This document shows, piece by piece, positions 26,800 through 40,257 of a DNA stretch of 64,000 nucleotides. The DNA comes from Dicyema japonicum (Eukaryota > Animalia > Dicyemida). Within the stretch, counting starts at the first letter, position 1. Each line of letters begins with the position of its first letter. The notes below the pieces were generated by a model. The model had not been told where the DNA came from. It saw nothing but the letters and a program-made list of their open reading frames with translations, and did not search any database. Both the position numbers and the translations under genes were made by a program. The stretch lies in contig RDEW01000003.1 in assembly GCA_011109175.1 (NCBI GenBank), positions 2,253,991 through 2,317,990 on the forward strand. Reading direction: 5' to 3'.

Positions 26800-29700
26800 A
26801 GCCATATTTATGCTTTGGTATTAATCAGTGGTGTTGTGGTGTATTAGCCGTTCTACTTTTTGGATTGAACATGACAATGGAAAAGGATCCGAAAACCCAA
26901 AGAGCATATTTCTCGCACGTCTATCCCCTGCATTATCTGTGGAGAGGCAAACAAGAGGAAATATAGTATCCAATGTTCCCGTTGCCCAAATTTTGGACAC
27001 CTTGGGTGCAACAAGCTGACAAGACGACTGCTCAGTGTCTCCCAAGTTGGTCATGCCCCACATGCCTTGGGAACCCCACAAGGCAAAAGGAACCGCTCTC
27101 TGGTTCAGTCCTGGACCTATCTAACACGGACGAATGTCTACGCCGCCTGAACCGGCTTGTATCAGAGAGGGTTATCCCACTCAGAATCCCAAAGTCGGTG
27201 CGCCTTGCAGCTGCCACGTGTCTCTCAAAACTAATCACTAAAGCAGTCAGTGACAACACCCAAGAAGCTTGGATGCGCCTTCTCTGCTTTGCACCTCTAG
27301 TCCTCGGATCACATCCGACCGAACTGAAGGAACGGAATGTCAAGTCAATCATCAAAAGGAACGTTTCTAAATACGAAAGTATCAACCTGGCGGATACACT
27401 GGAAAGCATTTCGACTGCTGTTGACTCACCCTTTTCATCCAGAACCAAGAAAAGGGATCTTCGCAGAGAAATAAACAAGAAGATCATGGTCGGGGACATT
27501 CGGGAGCCCTACATACACTCTCCAGCAGCGACAAGGTTCTTTCACCGAGCAAAGAAACCTTAGACCAGTTAGTCCAGAAACATCCGCCCGCACCAGCTGA
27601 TCTACGTGACACGAAAATTCAAAAGGATGTCCCACAACTAAATGCCACCCCTGATGATATTAAATGGGCTATTCGTGCATTCCCTGGAAGCAGCGGCGCC
27701 GGTCTGGACGGCCTACGCCCAAGCCACATAAAAGACCTCACCTCTGTAAAAACCGTCGAACACAGGGGACTCCCTCATCGTCTCATTGAATGCTCTTACG
27801 AACCACGTTCTTCGGGCAGATATCTCGGAGTATGCTCGAGAACTCCTCTTCGCTTCGAGGTTGGTAGCCTTCAAGAAGCCTTGCGGCGGGATAAGACCCA
27901 TCGCCATTGGTAACGTCCTTAGGCGCCTATCGTCGAAGATCGCTGCCAGAGCAGCCAGCAAGACTTTGAGTGCCGAACTTAGTCCTGTCCAACTCGGAGT
28001 TGGAGTACCTAATGGATGTGAAGCAGTAATACATTCAATCCGGAATTTTGTTGCCAGCCCTCCTGACGCGCAGGATTCAATTATAGTCAAACTGGACATA
28101 CGTAATGCATTCAATAGCATCCGAAGGGATAGAATCATAGAAGATAGTGTCTCTAGGATTCCTGAGATCAGCAGGATGGTCAGACTCTCATATGGTTCCC
28201 CGTGTACGCTGATCTTCGGACAACACGCCATCAAGTCCAAGACTGGAGTCCAACAAGGAGACCCACTTGGCCCTCTACTCTTTGCTTTGGGAATCGACTG
28301 TGTATCATCTGCGATCAAAACTCCCTTGAACTTATGGTACCTTGATGACGCGACCATTGGGGGAGTTGGGAAATTGTTGTGGAAGAGGTTAAACGCGTCA
28401 TCCCTGCCCTCGCGGCACTCGGACTGGAGCCGAATCCATCGAAGTGCGAAGTTATTAACGTGACCTGTGGAGAGGACACCTTTGAACGCGCAATAACGAC
28501 CATTTCTACTTGCCTCCAGGACATCAAAGTCACCCGACTAGAAAAGGCGATTTTCCTCGGATCTCCTCTGTATGACATGTCAACTGTCCTGGAGGAGAAG
28601 AGTGAATCCGTACAGCTGCTCACGCACAATCTAAAGGCTTTGGACTCCCACATTTCTCTCTTCATCCTCAAGAATTTTCACCTTACACCACTCCTTTTTT
28701 TTCTACGGACATCCCCATGTTTCACAGACATGGATTTCTTGAGAGTTATCGATGAGAAGCTGAGGACCTCTGTTGAAGAAACACTTAACATCTCTCTGGA
28801 TAAAGCAGGGTGGACCCAATGCAAGTTACCACTTCGTTATGGAGGAATTGGGATACGCTCGCCACTTGAACTCGCCCTCCCAGCCTTTCTGTCTTCGACA
28901 TATGCTTCCCGTGGTCTAGTTCACCAGATCCTACGCTACATTAACGGATCGGACACTGAACCAATGGCATGCATGGCTCACGATGTTTGGATTGGACTTC
29001 CGAAGAACTTCAACTTCAACAAACAACGAGACTGGAACGAACTTGTATGTTCGAGGACCATCGATGAGCTAAAACCACAACTCGTCTGGCTTGTCAGGCT
29101 ACCGCATCAACAAACGTAAGTGGTGCATGGCTCAAAGCATTCCCGTGCATTTCACTCGGAACTTTTCTGGACGATGACTCCACGAGGATTGGGGTTTGCG
29201 TCCGCCTCGGAATCGATGTTTGCGCAATCCATCGCTGTAGATGTGGAGGAATAGTCGACGCGAAAGGACTCCACGCACTTTCCTGCCGAAGGAGCGCTGG
29301 AAGGAGCCTGAGACATAGTGCAATCAACAAGGTTATTGCGTGGGGACTAGAAGCTGCCGGATTCCCTGTCCAGATGGAGCCCCTAGGACTTGCCCACGGC
29401 AAACAGAAGGCCGGCTCAAAGCATTCCAGTGCATTTCACTCGGAACTTTTCTGGACGATGACTCCACGACTCGACTCTGGAGCGACTCTGTTCCCGTGGG
29501 ATGCTGGGAAGTACCTGGCCTGGGATGCCATCTGCGTAGATAGCTTCTCCCCTTCCAATATTACAATGAGTGCGACAAATCCAGACTCAGCTGCAGAGAA
29601 AGCAGAAATACTTAAAGCAAAGAAGTACACATTTGAACCAGTCGCAGTCGAAACTTCGGGAGTCATAGGAAGCAGGTCGTTAGCCCTGCTCAACAAAATT

Positions 29701-29850
29701 AGATCGTTAGTCGCTGAAAGGAGGAGGGATGTCAGAGAGAAGGGCTGGCTCATTGAGCGCATCTCCTTACAGATCGTAAGGGGAAATGCGCTCTCAATCC
29801 TGAGAGCAGCCAGTAGCCTTTAACTATTTGGTTTTATTCTTCAATAAATT
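26800..29850 (+). mobile_element. Near full-length frameshifted CRE-clade retrotransposon (PHD finger - RT - RLE)
   Basis: N-terminal CIIC..CSRC..HLGC..WSCPTC, then AGLDGLRPSHIKDL, GGIRPIAIG, GVQQGDPLGPLLF, WYLDD, EPVAVETSG, RISLQIVRGN. Confidence 0.9.
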
Positions 29851-29924
29851 GTTATTGATTACTTAAATTGATTTTGAGCGCTTATAAATAAGTTTCCAAA
29901 TTATCTGATAAAGTTGTTGCTCCT

Positions 29925-30066
29925 TTCTTTTTTGCTTGTATGTGGGTCACTGAGACAATCCGGTTCTCCAGAGATGAATCGCTGACGATGGCGTAATTAT
30001 CGTAGAATGGACAGCAGCGAGATTCTTCCTCAGAATTCTTGGCGCACATTACACTACGCCATTCTG
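29925..30066 (-). mobile_element. tRNA-derived SINE, family A
   Basis: Minus strand: A-box tggcgtagtg, body shared with 63705-63889 and 51503-51573, tail gacccacatacaagcaaaaaa. Confidence 0.6.
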
Positions 30067-30159
30067 TTAAGCGTTCTTAAAAATTATTTATTATTGAACG
30101 AAATCAAATTATTGATATTTTTTATTTTTAAATTTCATTCTTTTGCGAGAACTTTGGAT

Positions 30160-30950
30160 TTTTTTATTTATTTAAATAACCCCGGGAACACCGAAAAAGA
30201 AAGACAAAAGAATCATACAGTTAGGTGATCCCAGTCCTCGCAATCAATTGTGCCATTCGACGTCTGTGATCTTCCATCGTCCCCACTACTTTCTGGAAGA
30301 GTTTTCTCTCGGTCTTGCAGAGGAATCCGATCGGGGTGGGAATTTCTTATCCAATCGGTTTTCTCTTGCCATGGAAAGGATCAGGCGAAGCGGATTTCCT
30401 TCTTCCTCACAGACGCGAAGAAATCCGGAGCCACGACTACGGATCTTAGCTTCCATTAGTAGTGGGTCTACTGTTGATCCATTACGTGGGCAAAGCATAC
30501 TGATTGTTTTCTGGTGAATCGAGTTGACTCTTTGGACCATAGACTCCGATAGCGCGAATCTCCATGCAACGGAGGTATACTCAACGGCAGGCGCGATTGT
30601 TTGTTGGTAGAGGGTAGAAACGGAAAAATCCATGTTCCTCGTGGTCTTCCGGACAAGGGCGCGTAAAACGTTAATTTTCTGGAGGCCCCTGGTAATCTGG
30701 TCTTTTGCGTGAGAGTTGAAATTGAGTAGACTGTCGTACTTGACTCCAAGGACACTGGGGGACCTTGTCACTGGAATCCGAGTGGGACCAATAAAGATAC
30801 TCGGTTCATCCTTAGAACGACGGTCCGAAGTGAAAGTGGAACAGATGGACTTGGTTGCAGAAATCGTAAATCGATTGCCAACAATCCAATCATGGAGAGT
30901 GTTCAATTTTGCCTGAGTTTTAAAGGATGCGACTTGCGTCGAGCGGTTCG
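30160..30950 (-). mobile_element. 5'-truncated copy of the Vingi-like LINE, with TSD
   Basis: Highly similar to 58755-59540. TSD gaactttggat at 30149-30159 and 30952-30962; (aaat)n tail. Confidence 0.92.
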
Positions 30951-31873
30951 GGAACTTTGGATATTAATAGGCCGTTCAATCGAGGCAGTACAACTTCGAA
31001 AAATCAACTTAGATCGACTTCCGATGGTGAAAGACTTTTATTTGAAATTTTAGTATTTTCAAAATCCAAATCATTTGAATTTTTATGAAATATATTCATT
31101 CACTTTAAAAGTTCCTTGAAGCGAATCTTTTCCATGTCTAAATGCTCCCCCATGGAATAATCTCGTTTTATAATTATGTCAGTCCCAAATATTTAGCTGG
31201 AATAGTGGTCAAACGTTCAAACAGTGTCAAACGTAGTGAAGATTCCTTCATCTACAATAAATCCTTACTTTGTTCACAAGAGCACCACCCCCGCTAAATT
31301 CAGATACACTCTGAACTATTTTAGGAAGATTTGAAGAGTATTTTGCTCCACTCAGCCTGTTAATCGTCACTTACGTTTTAATGGGCCTACCCCAAATTGT
31401 CACGTTCTTGGGGAATTTTAGATTTTTTTAAAGTATTTTTTAACGCATAGTCGCTTGATGATTCGTCACTGATTTCCGATTCATCGCTTTAATCTTCAAA
31501 GTCTAATTCACTTGAACGACATATGTCGGTTAACGAGATCGTTTAGCATCACTGGATCAAGACGTGTAGATTGCCACAGGGGGAGTACAACATCACCTGA
31601 AACGCTTACTTGTTGGTTAAAACTGACAATTATCCCTGAGAAAATTCGTTGCATCATTATTACTTAGCCTACAATTAGCCTGAGGGTTCATGTAGTATCT
31701 CAGCCGATTACAAAAAACTGTTTAGAAATTGTAAATTTATACATCACTGCTGTATTTGCCTGTTTGTTCGTCCGCAATCGATTTTTAAGGCATAAGGAAA
31801 TTTCTGTTGGTAGACCTAAATGAGGTAAAAGTGAGATCCTCGTGATATCAAGCCAAGGTTTAGGACCTACAGC

Positions 31874-32150
31874 AGTGGTTCTCAACCTTTTTTCCCGCCG
31901 CCCATCCAAAAATTTCCACCACCCATTAGTAAATTTAACCTTTTTGCTTTTCTGTATTTAGCTAGTTAACGAATAGTTATTGAAAAATGCAATAATTATT
32001 AATGTGATCCTTGAAACTAATGACTTTTAGCCGACATTTCAATATCAGGCTTGATTCGACAAATAAAATCGAACTTGATATCACAAACTTTCAATTTATT
32101 TCGCTCAATTCACAACAAGACGAGCTGCTGTCGTATTTCTTATCTTTAAA
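31874..32150 (-). mobile_element. hAT (Charlie/Buster-type) terminus and transposase C-terminal remnant
   Basis: TIR cagtggttctcaaccttttt; minus strand IKPDIEMSAKSH..QGSH resembles the Buster/ZBED5 C-terminus. Confidence 0.6.
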
Positions 32151-32347
32151 TTTTCGAATCCTCGTGCGGTCATCCATCAACGAACATTGATTTATTATTG
32201 ACAATGGACGATAAAGTTTTGAAACTCCCGCTTTAGGGGACATCAAGAAAGAAGGTAATATAACCGACCAATCTCGGTGGAGACGACTTTCACAGAAATA
32301 TTAAACCAAATATTAAAATAAGTAATTAATTCAAATTAACAAAAATA

Positions 32348-34359
32348 TCAATTCAATAATTTTTTGCAATAATCCTTAACATTTGATAGGACAGATGAAT
32401 TATCCCCATTCTTAAACTCCAGTTTGATTTTCCCATTAGTCTCTTTATCCCCTTCAGTGTTTTCCACAGTCACAACAATGGTTGATCCTTCCTTAATCAA
32501 CTGCTGTTCATGGGCAGCAGCGATTTGATTGATGATCCTCCTCTCAACCTACACTCACAAAACCCCCAACCTCGTGCTTTATCGACCTCGCACCATAGTG
32601 CACATCATAGCCATCAATCAACAACTCCACAACGTAGCTGTCCCACTGAATAGACATTTTGTTCAACTCCATTGCCTCGAGTAGTTAAAGAATTCAACCT
32701 TGTCCGCCCAAAATTGGAGTTCTTTGATTATCAATTTCCTCAACTCATATTTAGAGAATGGGAGAAAGTATACAAACTCATTAATCCTTCCTAAAAACTC
32801 ATCCCTTTTGAAATGTCTCTGCGAAGTATATCGACCGAAACTACTTTAAGGATCGGTCGAATTCTCCTGTCTTTGAACTCCCTTGAAATGGTTACAAGTT
32901 CGCGGACTTCTACGAGATAACCACAAGATCTACCATTTTCATCAATTCCTCTGGACTTCCTCATCTCCTCGGCTTCTTCTCTCAGCTGAACTCCGTAATC
33001 TGCAATCTCCTCGCTGGCTAGGTTGGAGGTCATCACAAAGATAGCATCCTTGCAGTTTATGGTCTCTCCCTTTCCGTCAGTTAGCCGTCCCTACAGTCCA
33101 GAAGCAAGCAAATAAACCTCATCAAATAACTGAAGCATTATAGTGAGGACGTCTGGGTGGGCCTTCTCGATCTCATCAAAGAGGACCACCGCATTCGGAC
33201 ACTCCCTAAGAAGATTGGTAAGTTGTCCCCCCTGTTCATGCCCCACATAGCCTGGAGGAGACCCAATGAACTTAGCAACCTTGAATACGTCATACTTGAT
33301 CAAACTTCGTGTTTTTGCTGAAATTCTGACATGTCCAGTCGAATAAATGCCTTTTTGTTGTCAGCGTGGATGTACTTTGCCAGTTGTTTGGCCAGTTCTG
33401 TTTTACCAATCCCCGAGGAACCAAGAAAGAGGAAGACAAGGCAATGTTCGTTATCAATCCATCCATTCTGTTTTCTTCTCACAGCTAAATGTGAATACAA
33501 CCATAAACTGGAGGAAACAGTCATTATGGCATTCTCTTGTCCCACAATGGACTCCCTCAACATCTGCTCAATTGGATATTTTCTTCTCTCTTCAATCGAT
33601 TTAGCATTTTTAGACTCCAGTGACTACAGTTGTATTTCCAAGTTACCTTCTGGCTGTGTTTTTCCAGTAAGTCCTTAACTTGTCGACTTCTTGCGTAATC
33701 TACAGGTTTCAGACACTGATCATTCTCAATCAATGGGTCAGCACCTTAAAATGAAAAAGTTATAATACCGGCTTCCAGAAGAGCAACGATGGAAGAGACA
33801 TTATTAGCAGCTACTGCGTAGTGGAGCGCAGTGCATCCCTTAAAGTTGCCGTATGGGGAGACTTGTCCACTAAAGAAGTCGTCTCTGTCCATTTGAACTT
33901 GAATTGAGTAAAAGAAAGTACTGTGGATTGAGATGACACCGTGATGACTGGCAGACTCAAATATGCTAGTGAACTCGTCCTTCAGATTGGGGTCAGCACC
34001 GGCAGCAAGCAATAGTTTAATGCTCCTATAGGTCAATAAATCAGGGACTCTGTCTGTCCATTAACGGCAGCAGTCATCAAAGGAGTCCACCCCAAAGAGT
34101 GCCTTTTGTTGGGATCAACCTGAGAATCCAACAGTTTCTTGAGTTCACCAGTTCTTCCATAGCGAATCAGATGGAAAATATAATCATCGTCTGACATAGT
34201 ACTGAATCCTCCGATAGCAGTGAACAGACTGGTAGAAACAGTCCCAACAGTAGCTGTTGGAATGAATCTGCGGGAGAAGAACCGAAAAGAAGGGAGGGAC
34301 ATTCTGGACAGAAACAGCAAGCGAATATTCGGGTAAATAAATCGAAAGTAACTTCTCAT
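32348..34359 (-). CDS. CLPB: Mitochondrial ankyrin-repeat AAA+ disaggregase CLPB/Skd3
   Basis: Presequence-like N-terminus, ankyrin GWTPLMTAA and GCTALHYA, Walker [59 protein letters not shown]. About 10 introns of 22-27 nt. Confidence 0.96.
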
Positions 34360-34478
34360 CAGTAATACAAGAAAGCAAGATTAAATTAAATTTATTAAAT
34401 AATAAATAATTAAGTAATAATAGCGCGCGAATCCTTTAAATTATTATTTTTATTTTTTATGTGGTTCTCCTTACTGTA

Positions 34479-36065
34479 ATGCTTAGAATGTACGGAATCA
34501 GCAAATGCTTTGGTAAAATCAAAGAGCACATCACAATAAACAAAAGAAAACTGGACCTCGATACTCTTGACCTTTTCGAAGGCTTAAATGAAGAGAGTGA
34601 AAACTTACATGACTCTGGATTCGCCCCCGTTCCTGATGAGTCAATGACCTCCCACGTGTCATTTATGTATTTTTTATCTTCATTTCCATAGTGAACGTAA
34701 ACGAAAGTCCATTGGGTTCAGAGAAATGGCAAAAAGGACGAGTAAAGTCATCTCCCCCATTAACCACGTGCTTTATGAGGACACCAACTTTGCAACTCCT
34801 ATCAACACTCGTGCCAACTCCTTTGTCTCTCAAAAAATTGATAAAAGTGTCCTTTCTTTGTGCGAGTCGAAAAATTCTGAATCCACAAATTTTCTATCCC
34901 CCTCAGCTACAATGCACGTGTTGGACGAGAAGCAGACCCTCAAATCGATTATATCTGGGGAGATGACTACGTTGGAGAAAATGCTATCCATAAGTGAGCA
35001 ACCCGAGATCATTAACTTTGAGGAATATGTGCTAACGGTTGACATTGCCAAAAAACTTGGAGAGGGTTCATTCGCCGAGGTATTCATCACAAAATCAGGG
35101 ACAATCATAAAAGTGATTACTAAACTAAACGTAGGTGATGCCATTCGGTGGAGACCTTTTTAATGGGTTGGCTCAAAAATCGGGGGAGGATGTGCTACCA
35201 GAGATTATTATAACCAAGTACTATAATAATGTAACCAGAAAACTGAGTGATCTGCATAAGTGTGGGACTGACAGAACTGATGGGTTTGTGCAGCTAATAA
35301 AGTACTACAATGATTAAAGTAGATCACGTGTGGTTAAGGGACTTTTCCCAAAGTGTTTGATGGATATGTGGGTCGTGTTTGATAATGATAATCATTCGTA
35401 TAATTATCATCCAGAGTTATTGCCAGAGTCTCAGTATTTTCTTGTCCTCGAATTGTCGAATGGGGGTACTCCCTTGGAGAACTTTATTGTTTGATGATAT
35501 TATGACTTTAGTTTGAGACATGTAAACAGCAATGTGACGTGCTGACTCAATTGGGATTAACTTTAGCTGTGGGAGAGGCATCGTATGAGTTTGAACACAG
35601 AGATCTGCATCTAGCTAATGTTTTGATATCCAAGTCTCCCCCAACTGGTGTAGTGCTCAAAGGAGTGGATATGAGTGAGTTTTATTCTGGTCACTCATTG
35701 AGGACTACTATAATAGATTACACCATCTCTAGAATAACCTTTGATGGACTTGCCGTGTTCTCTGATTTGAAGGACGATGTTGATTTATTCGAAGGGACTG
35801 GTAATTATCAGTATGATGTTTACCGGGATATGAGGGATATTAATGGGTTATTGGGAGTTGTTATTTGAGGAATAAATGGAAACTATTTGAACCAAAGTCA
35901 AACTTGTTGTGGTTGAAATATATTGGAAATATGATGCTGACGGATTTAAAAGTGGAGGAGGATTCATCTGAAGAGGGTGTCTTTTATAAAAACAGATTGG
36001 TGGATATGGTTGAGAATATTGATAATTACTCATCCACTATTGACTGGTTTGATAAGTTTTTATGA
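34479..36065 (+). CDS. HASPIN: Haspin histone H3T3 kinase
   Basis: KLGEGSFAEVF, FEHRDLHLANVL, IIDYTISR, LFEGTGNYQYDVYRDMR, W..FEPKSNLLWL. 6 introns of 21-25 nt. Confidence 0.95.
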
Positions 36066-36719
36066 TATTTTTTACATATTTGAGATTATTTTTCTTATGT
36101 CCGCATTACCTTCTTGTCCAGCACCACGGTTCCGCGCTTCTTTCGGGGATGAGATTTCGCGGAGAGCATCTGAGTTATCTGCGTTATTTAACTGCATTCT
36201 TGAATTCCTTAGGTCCTCTTTGATTGCACGGGTAGTGTGTGTCTCGATCGTTAATGATATCCGGGTGAACTCGTATTATGATTCCATTACATCGTTGGAA
36301 TGTACCGTTGGTTCCGTTCTGAAGATATCTCGAACAGTCCTCTGCCTTAATGTATCTGCTAGTGGTTGTGATTTGCACATAAATTTTCCTTTTTTTATTT
36401 TACCGTGTATTGATTATTCATACGCAATGAAAATTAAGTTATGTTAAAGATATGATGTGGCACCAAACTTTATTTAAAATGCTAATGAATGTGATCGGTA
36501 AAGTCAGAAACATAATTGATTGAATTTAGGATACAACACTCTGCTATTTTATTAGCTTAGTTGTGGGATCAATTTGTAAATCGTCACAATTGATGTGATC
36601 TTTCATACCATGTACCCCACTTCGACCATGGAAACTGACTAAAACCTCTTTCTGTTAAATCCGAGGTTACCGAAATCATATGGCAAACACCTCCTAACCC
36701 ACAACTTTAAAAAAAATCA

Positions 36720-37417
36720 TTAAAATTTATTTAAAATATCAAGTTAATGTTTCTACCACCAAATGTGACAAATTTATTGCAACCGTTTTTTAAAGGAATA
36801 ATTAACTTGGTTCAAATTTACCAGCGAAAACTTGATGGTGTAATTAAACTAATTGAATCGGGCAAACGCACATACAAAATTCTGAACATTAAAGACGCCA
36901 TGATATTTTCGAGCTTTGCTTGGAAAGAAATTTGCCCAAGCACCATTAAGTTTTAATAATTAAGGCGCAATAAAGAAATGGATAATGAAAAATTGATTTT
37001 TTTAACATTCAATTTATTATATCCCATGATAGAAGATTTTTTGAATATTGGGGAATATATATTTTTTTAAAAAAAATTGAAATTGACAAATAAATGCAAT
37101 GAATTTGACATGTGCCCTGAAGTGTTTGATAATTCTTTAAATCTTGTAGATATGGGGGAGGTTGAAGAGATAGACGATATAAATGTGGTAACTAAGAAAG
37201 AATTTATTCTGCCCTTCAAGTATTGAAAAATTATCTTAAACAATCTGAATTGTTTGATTTAAACGGAGGGCTTAATCAAAATTCAAAAGCGTTTAAGAAA
37301 GAAATAAGGTTAACAACACACTTTATATTTGGTTTATCAAATATAAAATTCCTTTATTACTCCTACCTGCCATTTTTTGCGAATCCCAAAATTGGCAGTT
37401 AAGAAAAGTCTTACTGT
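36720..37417 (+). mobile_element. Tigger/pogo transposase remnant
   Basis: FLPPNVTNLLQP..GII and LNIKDAMIF..AWKEI; ends ..cttactg|TA. Confidence 0.7.
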
Positions 37418-37603
37418 ACTTATAATCTAACTACTTACAAAAATGAATTTACGTAAATTAAGGATTATAAAAAATCAATGAAAGTTAAGTGACAAGTAAA
37501 AACTTCACATCAATAAAAACTTATTTAAACAAAATTTGAATTATATTTATTAAATTAATTTTTTTAATAAAAATATTATTAGTTTTCATGGAAATTATTA
37601 AAT

Positions 37604-40257
37604 ATGTCCAATATGGAAGTCATCCATTCAAATAAGGTTTTTGACCAGCTCATTGAACGTCTTCTAAAATTGGGAAATTGTCGCCTGAACAATTCAGAAG
37701 GTTAGTGACAATTTAATAACACAGTAGAAAATAGAACCGATCCATCTTTGAAGGTTCATCGAGTCTAATACTTAGAAAAACATAGAGTCTGATTTGATGG
37801 GAGCTCTGGAGGAGGGCATAAACTACTTGGTGGAATCTGAAAGGGAGATCGCAAAGAGGACTGAAATGCAAGTTGAGTGGAAAAGCAAGATAAAGCAGTA
37901 CAGTGACAGAATCCAAAAGTTGACGGTACAGAAAAACACAAGAATCCCCTTACTAATACATAAAGGTAGGAATATGTGAATATTCAAAGAGACCGAGACC
38001 TGTGTAGCGGATTTCCGTGATTTGAGTTCAACCCTATCAGATAATTTACGGAAAAACGAAAGACTGCAAAACTACTACAAACAGACTTCTAAGGTGAACG
38101 AAAAATTAACCCAAGAACTCGACGTGGCGACGAATTACCTGTATCCTTGACCTCTTATCTAGTTACTTTATCGACGACAAACTGGCGGAGATCGAAGAGT
38201 CGGAAAAAAAAATTTTGGCGGAAAAAAAGACTGTCACCGAGAATTTGAATGATACAAGGGATAAAACCCTAGCCACGAAGGAGAAGTACAAAATGGTTGT
38301 GGAGAATACGAATGAGAGGCGGGTGTTGTTAAAAGAGCGGGAAACTCAGCTGGAAAACGAATTGGCCGAGAAAACAGCGAAACTCAAGAAAATCAAACAA
38401 AATCGAGTAAAATTCGTGGAAAGTATAAAATCAGGTAAAAGAAATCGACCAAATCCAAAAGACTCAGGCCCTGCGTACGACTAAGCTCAAACAAGTAAAG
38501 GAGATTGAGATGAGCTTGACCACCACCCAGGTGGAGGAGTCAAAAAAGCTTAATGAAGTTTGTAGTTCCGAAAGTATTCGTAGTTCAACGCGGCCAAACA
38601 AAATCTTGCAAAAATCGTGAAAAGTAAACAAGTCAGAGAGAAAAACCTGTCTATCAAGCAAGAAGAACTCGCGAGAACAGTACCACGTGTTCAAAAAGTA
38701 GGTGGAACGTTGTGCTGAAGGATCTCAAGCCCTGGAAACGGCGACTAAAAACTTGGAACGTGAACTGGACGGCCTCAAAAGAGATGGAATTCAAACGAAT
38801 AACAAAATTGTTGAAGAATTTGGGCGTAAAAAGGCGGTCTTGTGGGTGATTTGGGGTGACCTTTAGGGAAGAGGACATTTCCTTGCAGGACAGCATGAAA
38901 TCACGGATAGAGAAGGAAATAGACGCCAGTCTGCTTCAAATAGAAGAAGAGTCCACCCAACTACTGGCAATCCTCGAGCAGAGGGATGATCTGCAGACTG
39001 AGTACTGCAAGTCCTCCACTCATAATAAATCATCGGAAGAAGGCATGCAAGTGACCCCCATAATGACTTGGTAGCAAGAAATTAACTCGTTGAGGGAAAC
39101 CCTGAGTAATACAATCTCTCGCAAGTCAATGTTGGAGGCCAGGATAAGCCAAACTAAGAAGGAGTTAAAATATTCATGAAGGAAAACGAAATTAGGACAA
39201 AAATGGTTTTTGATGACGTTACCCCGTCGTAGTTACGGAATAAGCATGATAAGTACTCCCGCCTAAAGAAGGACATGGAGTACGACAGATCCACAGAACA
39301 GAGCAGAATCGATGTCCTTCAAAGGGTAATGACTCGTTTGATGCAGAATGTGGACGACATCCAAACTCAGATTGACAAAATACTGGCAGATCGTAATGAA
39401 GTCTTCGACAATCCCCACAAGAGACTGAACGAGTTGAAGCAAAGATCAATCGAATTGCAGGTTACCGGTCTTTGCCTTGTTTTTAGGAGAAGCGGGCCTA
39501 CCAACAAGGACGAATAGAGGGACTGAAGGAGCATATAAGACTCATTGACCGAGAAATAAAGGATTTGGAGACAAATATAGAGGGAATGCTGATCATCATC
39601 GACAACCTCCACTCTGAACTGACGAAAGCAAAGTTTGGGAGTCTGTTATGTTTAAGTTATCAGTCCTCCAGTCTTAATGAACAGTATAACTACAGCCAAA
39701 CACTATTGGAGGCCCAGAGAGAGCGTCTACGGGCTATCTTAGACAAGACGTCGATCAACGAAGCAACTCACACTGAGAGTGTGCGTGACCTTGAAAGTAG
39801 GGACCTCCAACTAACAGTAAAATGCTATTTAATCGTCAGAGAGAGATAAACTCCCGTCTAAATGAAAATGAGTCATTGGCGGAGGAATTTAAAAGACTAA
39901 ATTTGGAGTTGTTTGTGAAGAAGATGTCAGCAGGAGAGTTCTACGGGTCTCTATTCGAGTTGGTTCAGTTCGGTCAGCTCATTGAAGACGTAGAGATTTG
40001 TCGGCATTTAGGTGAAATACATCGTCCAGGAGTGGCTGATTGATTTGGGGGATATGGAGGAATTCGAGGTGGCTGATTTTGGGAGTAGACTTAACAGAGT
40101 TGTCACAAACACAATTAATAATGACATTAATGTATGATGGGGGAGACTTTAGTGGAAGATGCAATATTTTGTCAATAATGTGGGGGAAGAGTCGAGGGAC
40201 TTGTTTGAATACGTGAAGGATGAATTTGAGGCCGGTCTAACTCGGGGACACTGCTAG
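37604..40257 (+). CDS. Long coiled-coil protein, CCDC178-like
   Basis: Multi-exon E/K-rich coiled coil; IPLLIHKETETCVADFRDL resembles CCDC178 LPLAVQKEHEAYLSDVIEL (recalled). About a dozen micro-introns. Confidence 0.6.

Noticed and set aside
2471-29850. Spliced-leader RNA gene as the CRE target
   Set aside because: No shared flanking repeat or SL-like exon/GT/Sm-site arrangement is visible at the CRE junctions.
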